64,000 nucleotides of DNA from an uncultured virus (IMG/VR IMGVR_UViG_3300032220_002272). Lineage: Duplodnaviria > Heunggongvirae > Uroviricota > Caudoviricetes. The translations under genes and the position numbers were made by a program. Shown piece after piece: positions 20,851-29,377 of the stretch. The stretch's first letter is position 1. Each line of letters begins with the position of its first letter. The notes beneath the pieces were generated by a model, which did not search any database, was not told the origin of the DNA, and was given only the letters and a program-made list of their open reading frames with translations. Where the stretch lies: the IMG/VR virus record IMGVR_UViG_3300032220_002272. The stretch is one strand, 5' to 3'.

Positions 20851-22508
20851 CGAGCCACAGCGTGGCTGATCGCAGGCTGGCTGCCGTGCCGTGACTTTGC
20901 GGTAACTCTGGTGCCCTGCGGCAGCCCATGCACTTCGAGCGAGATTTGGGTGGGCTGACCAGCCGGCGGGCGGTCGTAACGTTCAAGCCCCTGCTTATGG
21001 ATGACGCTCTTCAGCTTCGCACCATAGCGATGGTCCGTGGCATATACGCCCGTCAAGGAGTCCGCCGCCTCGTCAACTGTCCGGGCCTGTTGGAAGGCCC
21101 TGTATCGCTTGCCGGATAGTAGCTTGGCATGCGCCTCAAACGCATCTTCCAACGTGTCGAATTTTCTGAATTTGGCCGTGGTGTAATAGCTGCGCCCGAA
21201 GCGATCTTCCTCGCGTGTCCGCGCCAGTACGAACGGCTCGCCACGCCGCGCCTTGATACCGAAGGGGTTATTGCTCCCGGCTGGCATGCGCTTCCCGTAG
21301 GAACTTTCCAATCCATATTGGCCGAGCGTAACCGATGCCCGAACGCCGGTTCGCGCCTGCGTCCGTTGCGCAGCGCTGATGGCGCGGGCTGTCAGTCCAG
21401 CCGCTGCGCGCTCGATCGACCTACCACCTTGCTCGATCGCCCTGCCCCCGCGTTCGATCAGCCCGGCCGCCGGCGCAAACGTGTTCTTGACGATCCCCCC
21501 GAACGTCGTGGCGCCGCCGACGATCTGGCGCCCTGCGGCGAGCGTCGCATCATAACCCGGCTCCGCCGCATCCGCCGCCGCGCTGCCGGCGATCGCCATC
21601 GCGCGGTCGGTCAGCTGCCCAACCATGGCGCCTTTCCGCTGAATGCGCTGGCCGCGCTTAATGTCGTCATCGGACGCGATATAGGCCGTATTGCCCGCGT
21701 CCTTCATGTCGTCGCCCAGAGCCTTGCCGCCCTGCGAGAAGACGGGGATCAGGGCGTCCGACAGGCCCAGCGCTGACGCTGCGGTACGGCGACCCGACGA
21801 ATTCTGGCGCGCGATGGCATCGGCGATCGCGGGCAGCATCGCGCCGACATTGACGGTGCCGTCGTCATTGAGCTGCATCTTGACGCCGAGCTTCGACAGC
21901 ATCGCCAGCGCGCCGGTGTTGCGGCCGTATCGGGCATCGTTCAGCGTCTGCGATAGGCTGGCCAGCCCGCCGGTCGCTGCGCCCTTGTCGACGCCCATGC
22001 GCTCGCTCGCCGCGGCGAACTCCTGCATCTCCTTCCGCGCAACGCCCATGGTATCGGCCATGCGTCCTACGGCTGCGGCGCCCTTGGCCCATCCGTCCGC
22101 CATCTTGAACGCTGCGAAGCCCGCCGCCGCCAGCACACCGACGGTAGCCCCCGCGACCGTGCCGAGCACGCCGAGCGTGCTGCCCAGCATGGACGCGCTG
22201 CCCGCCGCCTCGCCCAACCCCGTGCCGGTCGCCGCCGCCGCCTCCCGGATCGCGCCGAGGCGCGTCGCAAAGCCCGACGTGACCGAACGGCCGCCGAACA
22301 CCCGCGCGCTCGCCTGCTCGACCTGCCCGAGGGTGCGTAGCGCGCTCCGGCTGGAGCGACCCAGCCCCTCGCGCATCGCGCGATCCTGGTTACGGGTGAC
22401 GGCGCTGACATGCTTCGGCACCGTGCCGAGGCGCTTCTCCGCCGACCGGGCGCCCTTCGCCGTCCGGTCGTTCGCGGTAATGTCGATCGCGACCTTCGGC
22501 TGGCTCAT
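20847..22508 (-). CDS. Helper tape measure protein with C-terminal FlgJ/GH73-like glucosaminidase domain
   Basis: Lies between the chaperone and gpN; Ala/Gly-rich helix; GLESSYGK..NNPFGIKA...FRKFDT...YATDHRY. Confidence 0.85.
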   Translation of the reverse strand: MSQPKVAIDITANDRTAKGARSAEKRLGTVPKHVSAVTRNQDRAMREGLGRSSRSALRTLGQVEQASARVFGGRSVTSGFATRLGAIREAAAATGTGLGEAAGSASMLGSTLGVLGTVAGATVGVLAAAGFAAFKMADGWAKGAAAVGRMADTMGVARKEMQEFAAASERMGVDKGAATGGLASLSQTLNDARYGRNTGALAMLSKLGVKMQLNDDGTVNVGAMLPAIADAIARQNSSGRRTAASALGLSDALIPVFSQGGKALGDDMKDAGNTAYIASDDDIKRGQRIQRKGAMVGQLTDRAMAIAGSAAADAAEPGYDATLAAGRQIVGGATTFGGIVKNTFAPAAGLIERGGRAIEQGGRSIERAAAGLTARAISAAQRTQARTGVRASVTLGQYGLESSYGKRMPAGSNNPFGIKARRGEPFVLARTREEDRFGRSYYTTAKFRKFDTLEDAFEAHAKLLSGKRYRAFQQARTVDEAADSLTGVYATDHRYGAKLKSVIHKQGLERYDRPPAGQPTQISLEVHGLPQGTRVTAKSRHGSQPAISHAVAR

Positions 22509-22660
22509 GACGCCTCCCCGGTTTCGAGCATGTCAGCCCAGCCCAGCCACTTCAGCAGGACCGACCATGGCCGGGTGGCGATCTCGTCCGGCATCTTGCC
22601 GTATCGCTGAGCAAGCGCGTCGAGTGCGCCCTCCCAGCCAGACGGCCTCAAAGCAAAAAA
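22505..22660 (-). CDS. -1 frameshift extension of the tail assembly chaperone
   Basis: GAT TTT TTG slippery run (22654-22660), as in P2 E/E'; -1 frame reads RPSGWEGALDALAQRYG... and stops overlapping the TMP start. Confidence 0.7.
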   Translation of the reverse strand, partial: FFALRPSGWEGALDALAQRYGKMPDEIATRPWSVLLKWLGWADMLETGEAS

Positions 22661-23001
22661 TCGCCGATCCGCCGCGACGCGCGATAGAAGACGCGGGCGG
22701 GGAGCTTCTCGACGACCGAAGTGGGAACGCCCGCGACGACGCTGATCGCCTTCACGTCGGCCTCGGCCCCGGAGAGCTTGTCCCACTGCATGATCTCGGC
22801 CGCCGTGGGCTCGCGGATGACGATCTGCGCCACCGGCCCCGCTGGCCCGTCGATCGGCTTGGCCAAGGGGAGCACCAGCTCCTGGTCGAGATCGTGAGGG
22901 ACGATATCCGCCCCCAGCCCGATCAGCGCCTCGAGCATCTGCGGCGGCAGTGCGCCGGCGACGATCGTCACCAGCGCGCGCTGATCAGTTTTCACGGACA
23001 T
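22648..23001 (-). CDS. Tail assembly chaperone (Mu gp41/P2 gpE-like)
   Basis: LAKPI..IVIREPTAAE..VAGVP..KLPAR; between tube and TMP. Confidence 0.8.
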   Translation of the reverse strand: MSVKTDQRALVTIVAGALPPQMLEALIGLGADIVPHDLDQELVLPLAKPIDGPAGPVAQIVIREPTAAEIMQWDKLSGAEADVKAISVVAGVPTSVVEKLPARVFYRASRRIGDFLL

Positions 23002-23350
23002 CTGCGCCCTCCCACTGGATCGCGAACGAGGCGTCCTCGGTGTCGACTTCGACCGGCTCGCCGGCGCGCCACATGTTCCGCCCGATCACCGTCTTGCCGT
23101 TGGCGAGCTGGGCAACGACGGTGACGTCGGTCGCATTGGCGAGATCCGCGACCGGGATCGCCCCGCTGTCGCGCAGCTTGGCTTTGATCATCCCGGCCGC
23201 CGGCGTCGACTTCACGCCGTGGACGCCATCCATGCCGAGCAGCGTCTCGTTATTGCCCTGGGTCGGCCGATAGCTGAATTCGCCGACGAGCTGCACGGAG
23301 CGGCCGTCGACGGTCAGATACGCGGTGCCCGCGATCATATTGGTTGCCAT
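22985..23350 (-). CDS. Tail tube protein (Mu gpM-like)
   Basis: IAGTAYLTVDG, GMDGVHG, AQLANGK, WEG. Confidence 0.88.
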   Translation of the reverse strand: MATNMIAGTAYLTVDGRSVQLVGEFSYRPTQGNNETLLGMDGVHGVKSTPAAGMIKAKLRDSGAIPVADLANATDVTVVAQLANGKTVIGRNMWRAGEPVEVDTEDASFAIQWEGADVREN

Positions 23351-23363
23351 GGTGGCCTTCCGC

Positions 23364-24857
23364 TTACTGGAGCTTGAACTGGACGAGCATGGCGACGACG
23401 CGCAGCTGGCCGATCAAGATGATCGGGAGCAGCACGTCGACCCGGCCCGGGGTGGCGGTGTTCTTCGCCACGCTGACGGCCGCGGCGAAGGCATCGCTGT
23501 TCTGCACCCATGCCTGATTGGTCTCGAGCGACCGGTACAGCGCGACGAACTCCGCCCGAATCGTGGCAGGGGTCAAAACGTTGGAGCCCGGCCCGTACCG
23601 CACCCCGTCCTGTCCCAGCTTTGCCCGGGCGAACTTGGTCGACCAGAGCGTCGCATAGGCCCGCAGCACTGCCATGAGCGTGAACATGGTTTCGGCGTCG
23701 AGATAGGCGTTGTCGGCCTGCCCCTGCGCGTTCACCTGGTAGGTGGTGATGAGACGCTCGATCTGAACGGTCCCCGCAGGATCGACGCGGAACGTCGAAA
23801 TGCCGTCGTACAACAGCAGGTTGCGCTGCCCGATCTGGAACTGTGACTGGATGGGCGGGGCGAGCACGCCAGCGATGGCGACCGTCTGGAGCGGGGTCCC
23901 CGGATCCGCGCGGACGCTCGGCGCCACCGCGCCTGCCAGCGCCGCCGCCCACGCGTAGGGCGGCGTGGGGCTGTCTGCATAACCCAGACACGTCAGATGC
24001 TGGTCGTTCAGCGCGGCGCCGAAGCTCGCGAGCGACCCTTGCGTGCCGCGCTTCGCAATGAAGCAATGGCCGTAGATCTGCGTCGTCGGCGCCCAGCGGC
24101 CCGCCTGATCGCCGAGCAGGCCAGTGATCGCGGCGATCGAGGTCGTGTCGGAATAGGGCGAGACGATGAAGTCGAACGGCATGCTGCCGAGGGCAGCGAG
24201 CGCCGTGGTGAGCGTCGGGTTGGTCGTGCCACCGGACATGGCGGTGACGGCGACGGTAACGCCACCGGGCAGCGCTTCACCGCCGGGTGCGCCGCGATAG
24301 TTGACGCGCACATCGATATCGTTGGCGACCGCGCCCTTGTTCTTCGCGGTGAGGTTCACCTTCGCCGGGTTGCCACCGTCTACCGCAGCCGTGACGGGCA
24401 GGTCGATCGCGGCGTTGATCGCCGCCGCGGCCGTTGTGGCTACCTGCGCGGCCGTCGCGCTGGCCGCAACGGCGATCTGCACGATCTGACCTGCGATGTA
24501 GAGGCTGACGGCACCGGCGCCCGTCGCGGGGCCACCGAACACGATAGCCCCCGTCGCGGCGGCCGCGGCGCCATCGTCGGCGAGCGGCAAGTACCAGACC
24601 TCGCCGAACGCGTCGTTGGCGCGATAGGCGGCGACCATGGCCGCCAGCATCGACCCGGCACCGCCGGCGCTGTTCGCCTCGGTGACGCTTGCCGACTGCA
24701 CGGGGACGTTCGGCGTGAGCGTACCTGCCGCCGTGATCTGGCCGATGATCAGCGCGCGCTGGGTGCCAGCGGCGGTGTTCGCCTGGCTCGCGTCGAGCTC
24801 GGCGAACGTGCCCGGCGTGCGCAGGCCGGCGGGAATGGTGCGGAATGCGATCGTCAC
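23364..24857 (-). CDS. Tail sheath protein (Mu gpL-like)
   Basis: IPAGLRTPG, GAGSMLAAM, RNLLLYDGIST, ITTYQVN, RVDVLLP. Confidence 0.93.
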   Translation of the reverse strand: MTIAFRTIPAGLRTPGTFAELDASQANTAAGTQRALIIGQITAAGTLTPNVPVQSASVTEANSAGGAGSMLAAMVAAYRANDAFGEVWYLPLADDGAAAAATGAIVFGGPATGAGAVSLYIAGQIVQIAVAASATAAQVATTAAAAINAAIDLPVTAAVDGGNPAKVNLTAKNKGAVANDIDVRVNYRGAPGGEALPGGVTVAVTAMSGGTTNPTLTTALAALGSMPFDFIVSPYSDTTSIAAITGLLGDQAGRWAPTTQIYGHCFIAKRGTQGSLASFGAALNDQHLTCLGYADSPTPPYAWAAALAGAVAPSVRADPGTPLQTVAIAGVLAPPIQSQFQIGQRNLLLYDGISTFRVDPAGTVQIERLITTYQVNAQGQADNAYLDAETMFTLMAVLRAYATLWSTKFARAKLGQDGVRYGPGSNVLTPATIRAEFVALYRSLETNQAWVQNSDAFAAAVSVAKNTATPGRVDVLLPIILIGQLRVVAMLVQFKLQ

Positions 24858-25051
24858 TTCTCGGCCCCTTCACGATTGGTGGCGGCGCGCGGCGCCGTGG
24901 TCACGGCCGACGCCGCAGCGACGTCCCCGTCGACGAGGAGGCGAGCCCAATAGGGATCATTCTCGTCGATCGTGGTGCCGGCAGCGATGGCAAGAGTAGT
25001 GGCCGGGTCGCGCACCAGCGCGCCCGGGGCGGGATCGACGATCATGTTCAC
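24854..25051 (-). CDS. DUF2635/Mu gp38-like protein
   Basis: PAPGALVRDP, YWARLLVDGDV. Confidence 0.78.
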   Translation of the reverse strand: MNMIVDPAPGALVRDPATTLAIAAGTTIDENDPYWARLLVDGDVAAASAVTTAPRAATNREGAEK

Positions 25052-25052
25052 C

Positions 25053-25580
25053 TCATGGGATATGGAGGGCGACGGGCGGGTGGAGCGGATCGACCGCTCG
25101 CAATTCTGTAATCTCGTCGGCGGGGAGCGGCGCGAAGTCGTCCGCGTCCTGGTACAGCTCGAACGTATAGTCGCACTGGATGCCGGCGAGCCGGGTGGCG
25201 CTGGCGGTATAAGCGAACTGCGACTGCACCCCGACCAGCCGCTGCACGATCCGGAAGAGCGGATAGCTGTTGATGATGGCGATCTCGACCTGCCGCTTCA
25301 GGGCAAGGAGCTTCGCCTGGATTGTGGCAACGAGGATATCGTCGTCGGGATCGACAGGTTCAGATACCTCGCCGTTGATGCGGATCGTCAGGAGCGTCAG
25401 GAAGCTGATCGACCCGTGGCCGGTCGCCTGCTTATCCTCCGCCAGGACGCGCGCCTTCAGCATCGGGAACTGGTCGGACTGCGTCGGCAGATCACCGGGG
25501 ACAGCGATGCGGTTCTCTGCGTCCGTCTTGTCCGCGAGCGCATCCTGCAGGGCGGCGAAAACCTCCACCTCGGTCGTCAT
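25053..25580 (-). CDS. Putative tail terminator/completion protein
   Basis: Synteny; KTDAENRI motif. Confidence 0.55.
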   Translation of the reverse strand: MTTEVEVFAALQDALADKTDAENRIAVPGDLPTQSDQFPMLKARVLAEDKQATGHGSISFLTLLTIRINGEVSEPVDPDDDILVATIQAKLLALKRQVEIAIINSYPLFRIVQRLVGVQSQFAYTASATRLAGIQCDYTFELYQDADDFAPLPADEITELRAVDPLHPPVALHIP

Positions 25581-25930
25581 GCGGCGGCCTCGATCAGGAT
25601 GAGCAAAACATGGCCGTGTCCATCGGCCTGTGCATCAGCGACGCGATAGGTCTTCCCGTTCGAGGGGATGAGCACGCGATCGCCCTGAGCAGGTGGCTGT
25701 TCGAACAGGCTGGCGCGGACGCCGAGCACGGGGGTGGAGGTCGAAACCTCGCTACCGTCACCTTGCTCGACGACGCGGTGGTATTGCTCATCGAACACAG
25801 CATCTGGAAGCTGGAACGCCGACCCGCGCCGCGGCGTGTAGGTCGGCCACGACGAGGGGACGCCAGGGGCGCCCTCACCGAAAACCGACATCACCGGGCC
25901 GAGCAGCTCGGCGTCCCAGTCGATCGACAC
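25577..25930 (-). CDS. Head-tail joining protein (gpFII-like)
   Basis: PVLGVRASLF..PAQGD, DGHG; synteny. Confidence 0.7.
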   Translation of the reverse strand: MSIDWDAELLGPVMSVFGEGAPGVPSSWPTYTPRRGSAFQLPDAVFDEQYHRVVEQGDGSEVSTSTPVLGVRASLFEQPPAQGDRVLIPSNGKTYRVADAQADGHGHVLLILIEAAA

Positions 25931-25933
25931 CGA

Positions 25934-26203
25934 TCAGATTTCCTTGATCTCGATGCCGGACGCCGTCTTCGGACCATCGGAGAAGCCGGCGCGATTGCCA
26001 TCCTCGTCGAGGATGAAGCCCAGCTCGTAGAGGCGGAGCGCATCGTCGTCGGTGAGGTCGACCTTCTCGCCCGGCCCCTTGCCGCCGACCATTCGGCCGG
26101 GCGCAACTTCATATGCGGTTACGGCGGGCTGCGCCTCGGCATCGCCCTGGGTTGTGTCCGGCTTGCTCTTCGTCGTGGTCTTGCCGGTGGCGGTATCGTC
26201 CAT
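25934..26203 (-). CDS. Small head-associated protein (gpFI-like position)
   Basis: Follows the major capsid gene; DALRLYELGFI. Confidence 0.55.
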   Translation of the reverse strand: MDDTATGKTTTKSKPDTTQGDAEAQPAVTAYEVAPGRMVGGKGPGEKVDLTDDDALRLYELGFILDEDGNRAGFSDGPKTASGIEIKEI

Positions 26204-26220
26204 GGGAAACTCCCGTGAGA

Positions 26221-26251
26221 GAAACCGGCGCGGCAATACACCGCGCCGGCG
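26221..26251 (-). terminator. Hairpin after the major capsid gene
   Basis: CCGGCGCGG-loop-CCGCGCCGG then TTTCTCT on the minus strand. Confidence 0.4.
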
Positions 26252-26257
26252 GAAGGG

Positions 26258-27328
26258 TTAGAAAGCGGTGATGATCGGATCGCAGACGAGCGCGCACAGG
26301 CATGCGTTCACTCGGCTGGGGATCACGAGCGGAGCGGACTGCATCATGATGATGCGCTGCGCCGGATCGTTGTTCAGCCACGTCTTCGGCGCATAGGCCA
26401 TCGGCTTATAGTTGAACGCCGGGTCGACGATCAGACCGAAGGCGCGGGTGCCCATCAGGTCGGGGCCGGTCATGACGATCATGCCGTCGGGCAACATCGG
26501 CTGCTCGACGCCGTTCGCGTCGATATACCAGTCGTTGTAGAGCCATAGGTCGTACTGGCCCCACTTGCCCTTGTAGATGGCGCCGACCTTCACCTGGCTG
26601 CCGGGGTTCAGCGTGTTGCCATCGACGGCGAGCGTCGGATACTGGATCGCACCCTGCACACCTTCAGCGGTCAGGAACTTCGCCCAGGCCGAGTTGGTGA
26701 AGACGATATCGGTGGCGACCGCGCCCGACGCCTTCAGGATCCGCGTACCGAACGCGTCAATCTGGCCGACGATGTTGGTGTCGCGCCCCTGGTCGTTGGT
26801 GGTCGCACCCCACTTGTTGGCGCCGGTCAACGCGATCGTCAGGGTGGGCGAGCGGCCGAAGTCGATCAGGGTCGTGGGGAAGCCCTCGCCCGCGATGGTG
26901 ATCGTGCCGGTGGTGAGCGCCGACGACGCCATCCACTCCAGGCGGCGGTTCACCATGTCGACCTGGTCGGTCATTTCCGATTCGAGATTGACCATCTCGC
27001 GCTCGGCGGCGGTCAGCTCGCCGCCGATGCGCTCGCCGATCGCGCGGCGAACCGGGCGGCGCAGGTCCGGCGCGCGCTTGTCTTTGATGTACGCGGGCTT
27101 GAACTTGTTGGTGACGAACCGCTTCTGCTCGACGAGCTTGCCCTCAACGAGGGGGCTGACGAACGGCGACATCCGGCGAAGGCCGACATCGACGTCGATC
27201 GCGACCTCTTCGGTATCGCTTTCGACGATGCCGCCGAAGAAACGATCGAGCAGGAAATTCTGCGACGCAATGAGCGAGGGGACGACCTGCACCAGCTTCG
27301 CGGTCGTATAGGCAATGGTTTCCGCCAT
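26258..27328 (-). CDS. Major capsid protein (lambda gpE family)
   Basis: RRMSPFVSPLVEGK, FKPAYIKDK, RRLEWMA, MMQSAPL. Confidence 0.93.
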   Translation of the reverse strand: MAETIAYTTAKLVQVVPSLIASQNFLLDRFFGGIVESDTEEVAIDVDVGLRRMSPFVSPLVEGKLVEQKRFVTNKFKPAYIKDKRAPDLRRPVRRAIGERIGGELTAAEREMVNLESEMTDQVDMVNRRLEWMASSALTTGTITIAGEGFPTTLIDFGRSPTLTIALTGANKWGATTNDQGRDTNIVGQIDAFGTRILKASGAVATDIVFTNSAWAKFLTAEGVQGAIQYPTLAVDGNTLNPGSQVKVGAIYKGKWGQYDLWLYNDWYIDANGVEQPMLPDGMIVMTGPDLMGTRAFGLIVDPAFNYKPMAYAPKTWLNNDPAQRIIMMQSAPLVIPSRVNACLCALVCDPIITAF

Positions 27329-27393
27329 CGGGGGCTCCATGGAAAAGCCCGCGATCGGCGGGCGAGAGGATCAGGGGGCGATCGCTGTCGCGA

Positions 27394-27810
27394 TCAGGTG
27401 GGCAGCGCCGCCGACACCGACGACTTGAGGTAGATGTTCTTCAGCTCGAGCGCGGCCTTCGCGGCGGCGAGCGTGATGCCCGCGCCGAGGATCACTGCGC
27501 GCTCGTTAAATTCGCCCATGACGTAGGTGCCGCCGTCGACGTTGCCGCCGGTGGTATCGACATCGTCCGCCAGGATCTCGACCGGGGTCTGCGATCCGTC
27601 GTTGGCCGCGGCCGTCGCGATCGTGAACAGGCCGGAGGCGGTGATCATGCCCAGCACCGTGCCGCGCTTGAAGATTGCACCGCCGGTCAGGGTACGGTGA
27701 CGGCTGACGATCTTGAGGTCGCCGCCGATCAGCTGATCGGGAACGAACACGTCCTGGGCGACGCCAGGCTGGAACGGGCTGTTGCCCTGAAGGGTCGAGG
27801 AAAGAACCAT
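27394..27810 (-). CDS. Head decoration protein (gpD-like)
   Basis: PDQLIGG, KRGTVLG, DGSQTP, GEFN. Confidence 0.85.
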   Translation of the reverse strand: MVLSSTLQGNSPFQPGVAQDVFVPDQLIGGDLKIVSRHRTLTGGAIFKRGTVLGMITASGLFTIATAAANDGSQTPVEILADDVDTTGGNVDGGTYVMGEFNERAVILGAGITLAAAKAALELKNIYLKSSVSAALPT

Positions 27811-27854
27811 TCGAGATCTCCTGTGAGAAGGGGGTCAGGCGGAAGCGCCGCGGG

Positions 27855-28478
27855 TCAGCTGCGGCGACCAGCCTTTTTCGAGGCGGCCAGCACCTGGTCG
27901 GCGAACGTCTTCTCGCCGCCGCCGCTGGCACCCGCACCCGGGCGTGCCTCCCGACGCGCGTTCATGCGCTCATCGAGGCTGCGGCCGCGCGTCGGCGCCG
28001 AAGCACCCGCCATGCCGAGAACGCCGATCGCTTCGGCCGACGTCATGGTCGTCTCGAACGCCAGCTGGGCGGCGAGGTCGGGGCGGCCGGCGGCGGCGGG
28101 CGATGCGAAGATGGCGCGCGCGCGCTTGTTGGCGGCGGCGTAGCCGCGGTTGAAGCCGGAAGCCTTCTTGCCCTTCGGCTCCGGCTCTTCGTCCTCGGCA
28201 TCCGCATCATCGCCTTCGTCCTCGGCATCCGCGTCATCATCGCCGTCTTCCGCGTCAGCGTCGTCTTGCTCTTCCGCCTTGCGACCCCTTGCCTTGCGGC
28301 CCTTGGGTTCGGCGCCTTCGTCTTCGGCGTCGACATCGCTGTCATCGCTTTCGGCCTCGGGGGCCTCGTCTTCGTTTTCGGCGCGGCTTCCGAGGGTACG
28401 GCCCGCGAGCGCCGCGGCACCGCTCAGCAAATGGGCGAACGGGGACGTCCCCGCCGCCAGGATGGTCTTCTTCGACAT
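27855..28478 (-). CDS. Putative capsid scaffolding protein
   Basis: Between protease and gpD; acidic repeats, RARAIFASPAA..LAFET; N-terminal SPFAHL. Confidence 0.65.
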   Translation of the reverse strand: MSKKTILAAGTSPFAHLLSGAAALAGRTLGSRAENEDEAPEAESDDSDVDAEDEGAEPKGRKARGRKAEEQDDADAEDGDDDADAEDEGDDADAEDEEPEPKGKKASGFNRGYAAANKRARAIFASPAAAGRPDLAAQLAFETTMTSAEAIGVLGMAGASAPTRGRSLDERMNARREARPGAGASGGGEKTFADQVLAASKKAGRRS

Positions 28479-28498
28479 GGGAAGTCTCCGGTTGGTGG

Positions 28499-29377
28499 TC
28501 AGGCGGCAAGGAAGGCGGCGAATGCCGCATCGGGCGCCATCACGGCGTCGGCGAGGCCGGCCGTGACGCCGTCGGCGCCCATGAACGTGCCCGCGCGCAT
28601 GTCGCGCACGGCGGAGGTCGCGATGCTGCGGTTGCGCGCCACGGTGTCGTGGAACAGCGCACCCATGGTATCGATCTCGTGCTGGAATGCGGCGAGCGCT
28701 TCCTTGCTCAGCGGGATTTCCGAATGGCCATCCGTCTTGCGGTCGGCCCCGGTGTTGGTGATGAACGTGACCTTCAGGCCCGCCTTGGTCAGCGCCTCCG
28801 AAAGGTCAACGTGCATGCAAATCACGCCGATCGATCCGGTGCCACCGGTGCGGGGCACGTAAATCGTGTCCGCGGCTGAGGCGATCGCATACGCTGCCGA
28901 ATAGGCGCTTTCCGTCAGGATCGCCGCTATCGGCTTGTCGCCGCGCGCCTCGTGGATGGTATCGACGAGGTCGAAGCAGCCCGCGACCTCGCCGCCGCCC
29001 GAACTGATATCGAGCGCGATGCGGCTGACCGCGCTGTCAGCGCGCGCCGTCAGGAACGCCTGGCGAATGCCATTGTAGCCCGTCATCCCCGAGTAGGGGC
29101 GAAGCGACGACTGCTTTTGCACCAGCGTGCCTGCGATCGGAATGATCGCGGTGCCAGCCACCACGTCGTAGCCGAGGTCCGTCTGGCGGCTCTGACGCGA
29201 CGAGACGAATTCCTCGTCATCGTCGAACGCCATCGGCACGGGACGGCCGTCGCCACGCATCAAGTGCGTTATGCCCAGACGATCGGCTAGCGCGGCCATC
29301 GCGATTTCCGCCTTGCGCGGATGGATCGCGATCGGCGTGTTGAACATGCGCTGCGCCAGATGAGCGAATTCCATCAC
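28499..29377 (-). CDS. Capsid maturation protease, S49 family (gpC-like)
   Basis: LDISSGGGEVAG, AYSAAYAIASAA, TGSIGVI. Confidence 0.9.
   Translation of the reverse strand: MMEFAHLAQRMFNTPIAIHPRKAEIAMAALADRLGITHLMRGDGRPVPMAFDDDEEFVSSRQSRQTDLGYDVVAGTAIIPIAGTLVQKQSSLRPYSGMTGYNGIRQAFLTARADSAVSRIALDISSGGGEVAGCFDLVDTIHEARGDKPIAAILTESAYSAAYAIASAADTIYVPRTGGTGSIGVICMHVDLSEALTKAGLKVTFITNTGADRKTDGHSEIPLSKEALAAFQHEIDTMGALFHDTVARNRSIATSAVRDMRAGTFMGADGVTAGLADAVMAPDAAFAAFLAA

Noticed and set aside
27341..27365. Terminator-like hairpin between gpD and gpE as a regulatory novelty
   Set aside because: Short hairpin with a 4-T tail inside an antiterminated late operon; too weak to interpret.
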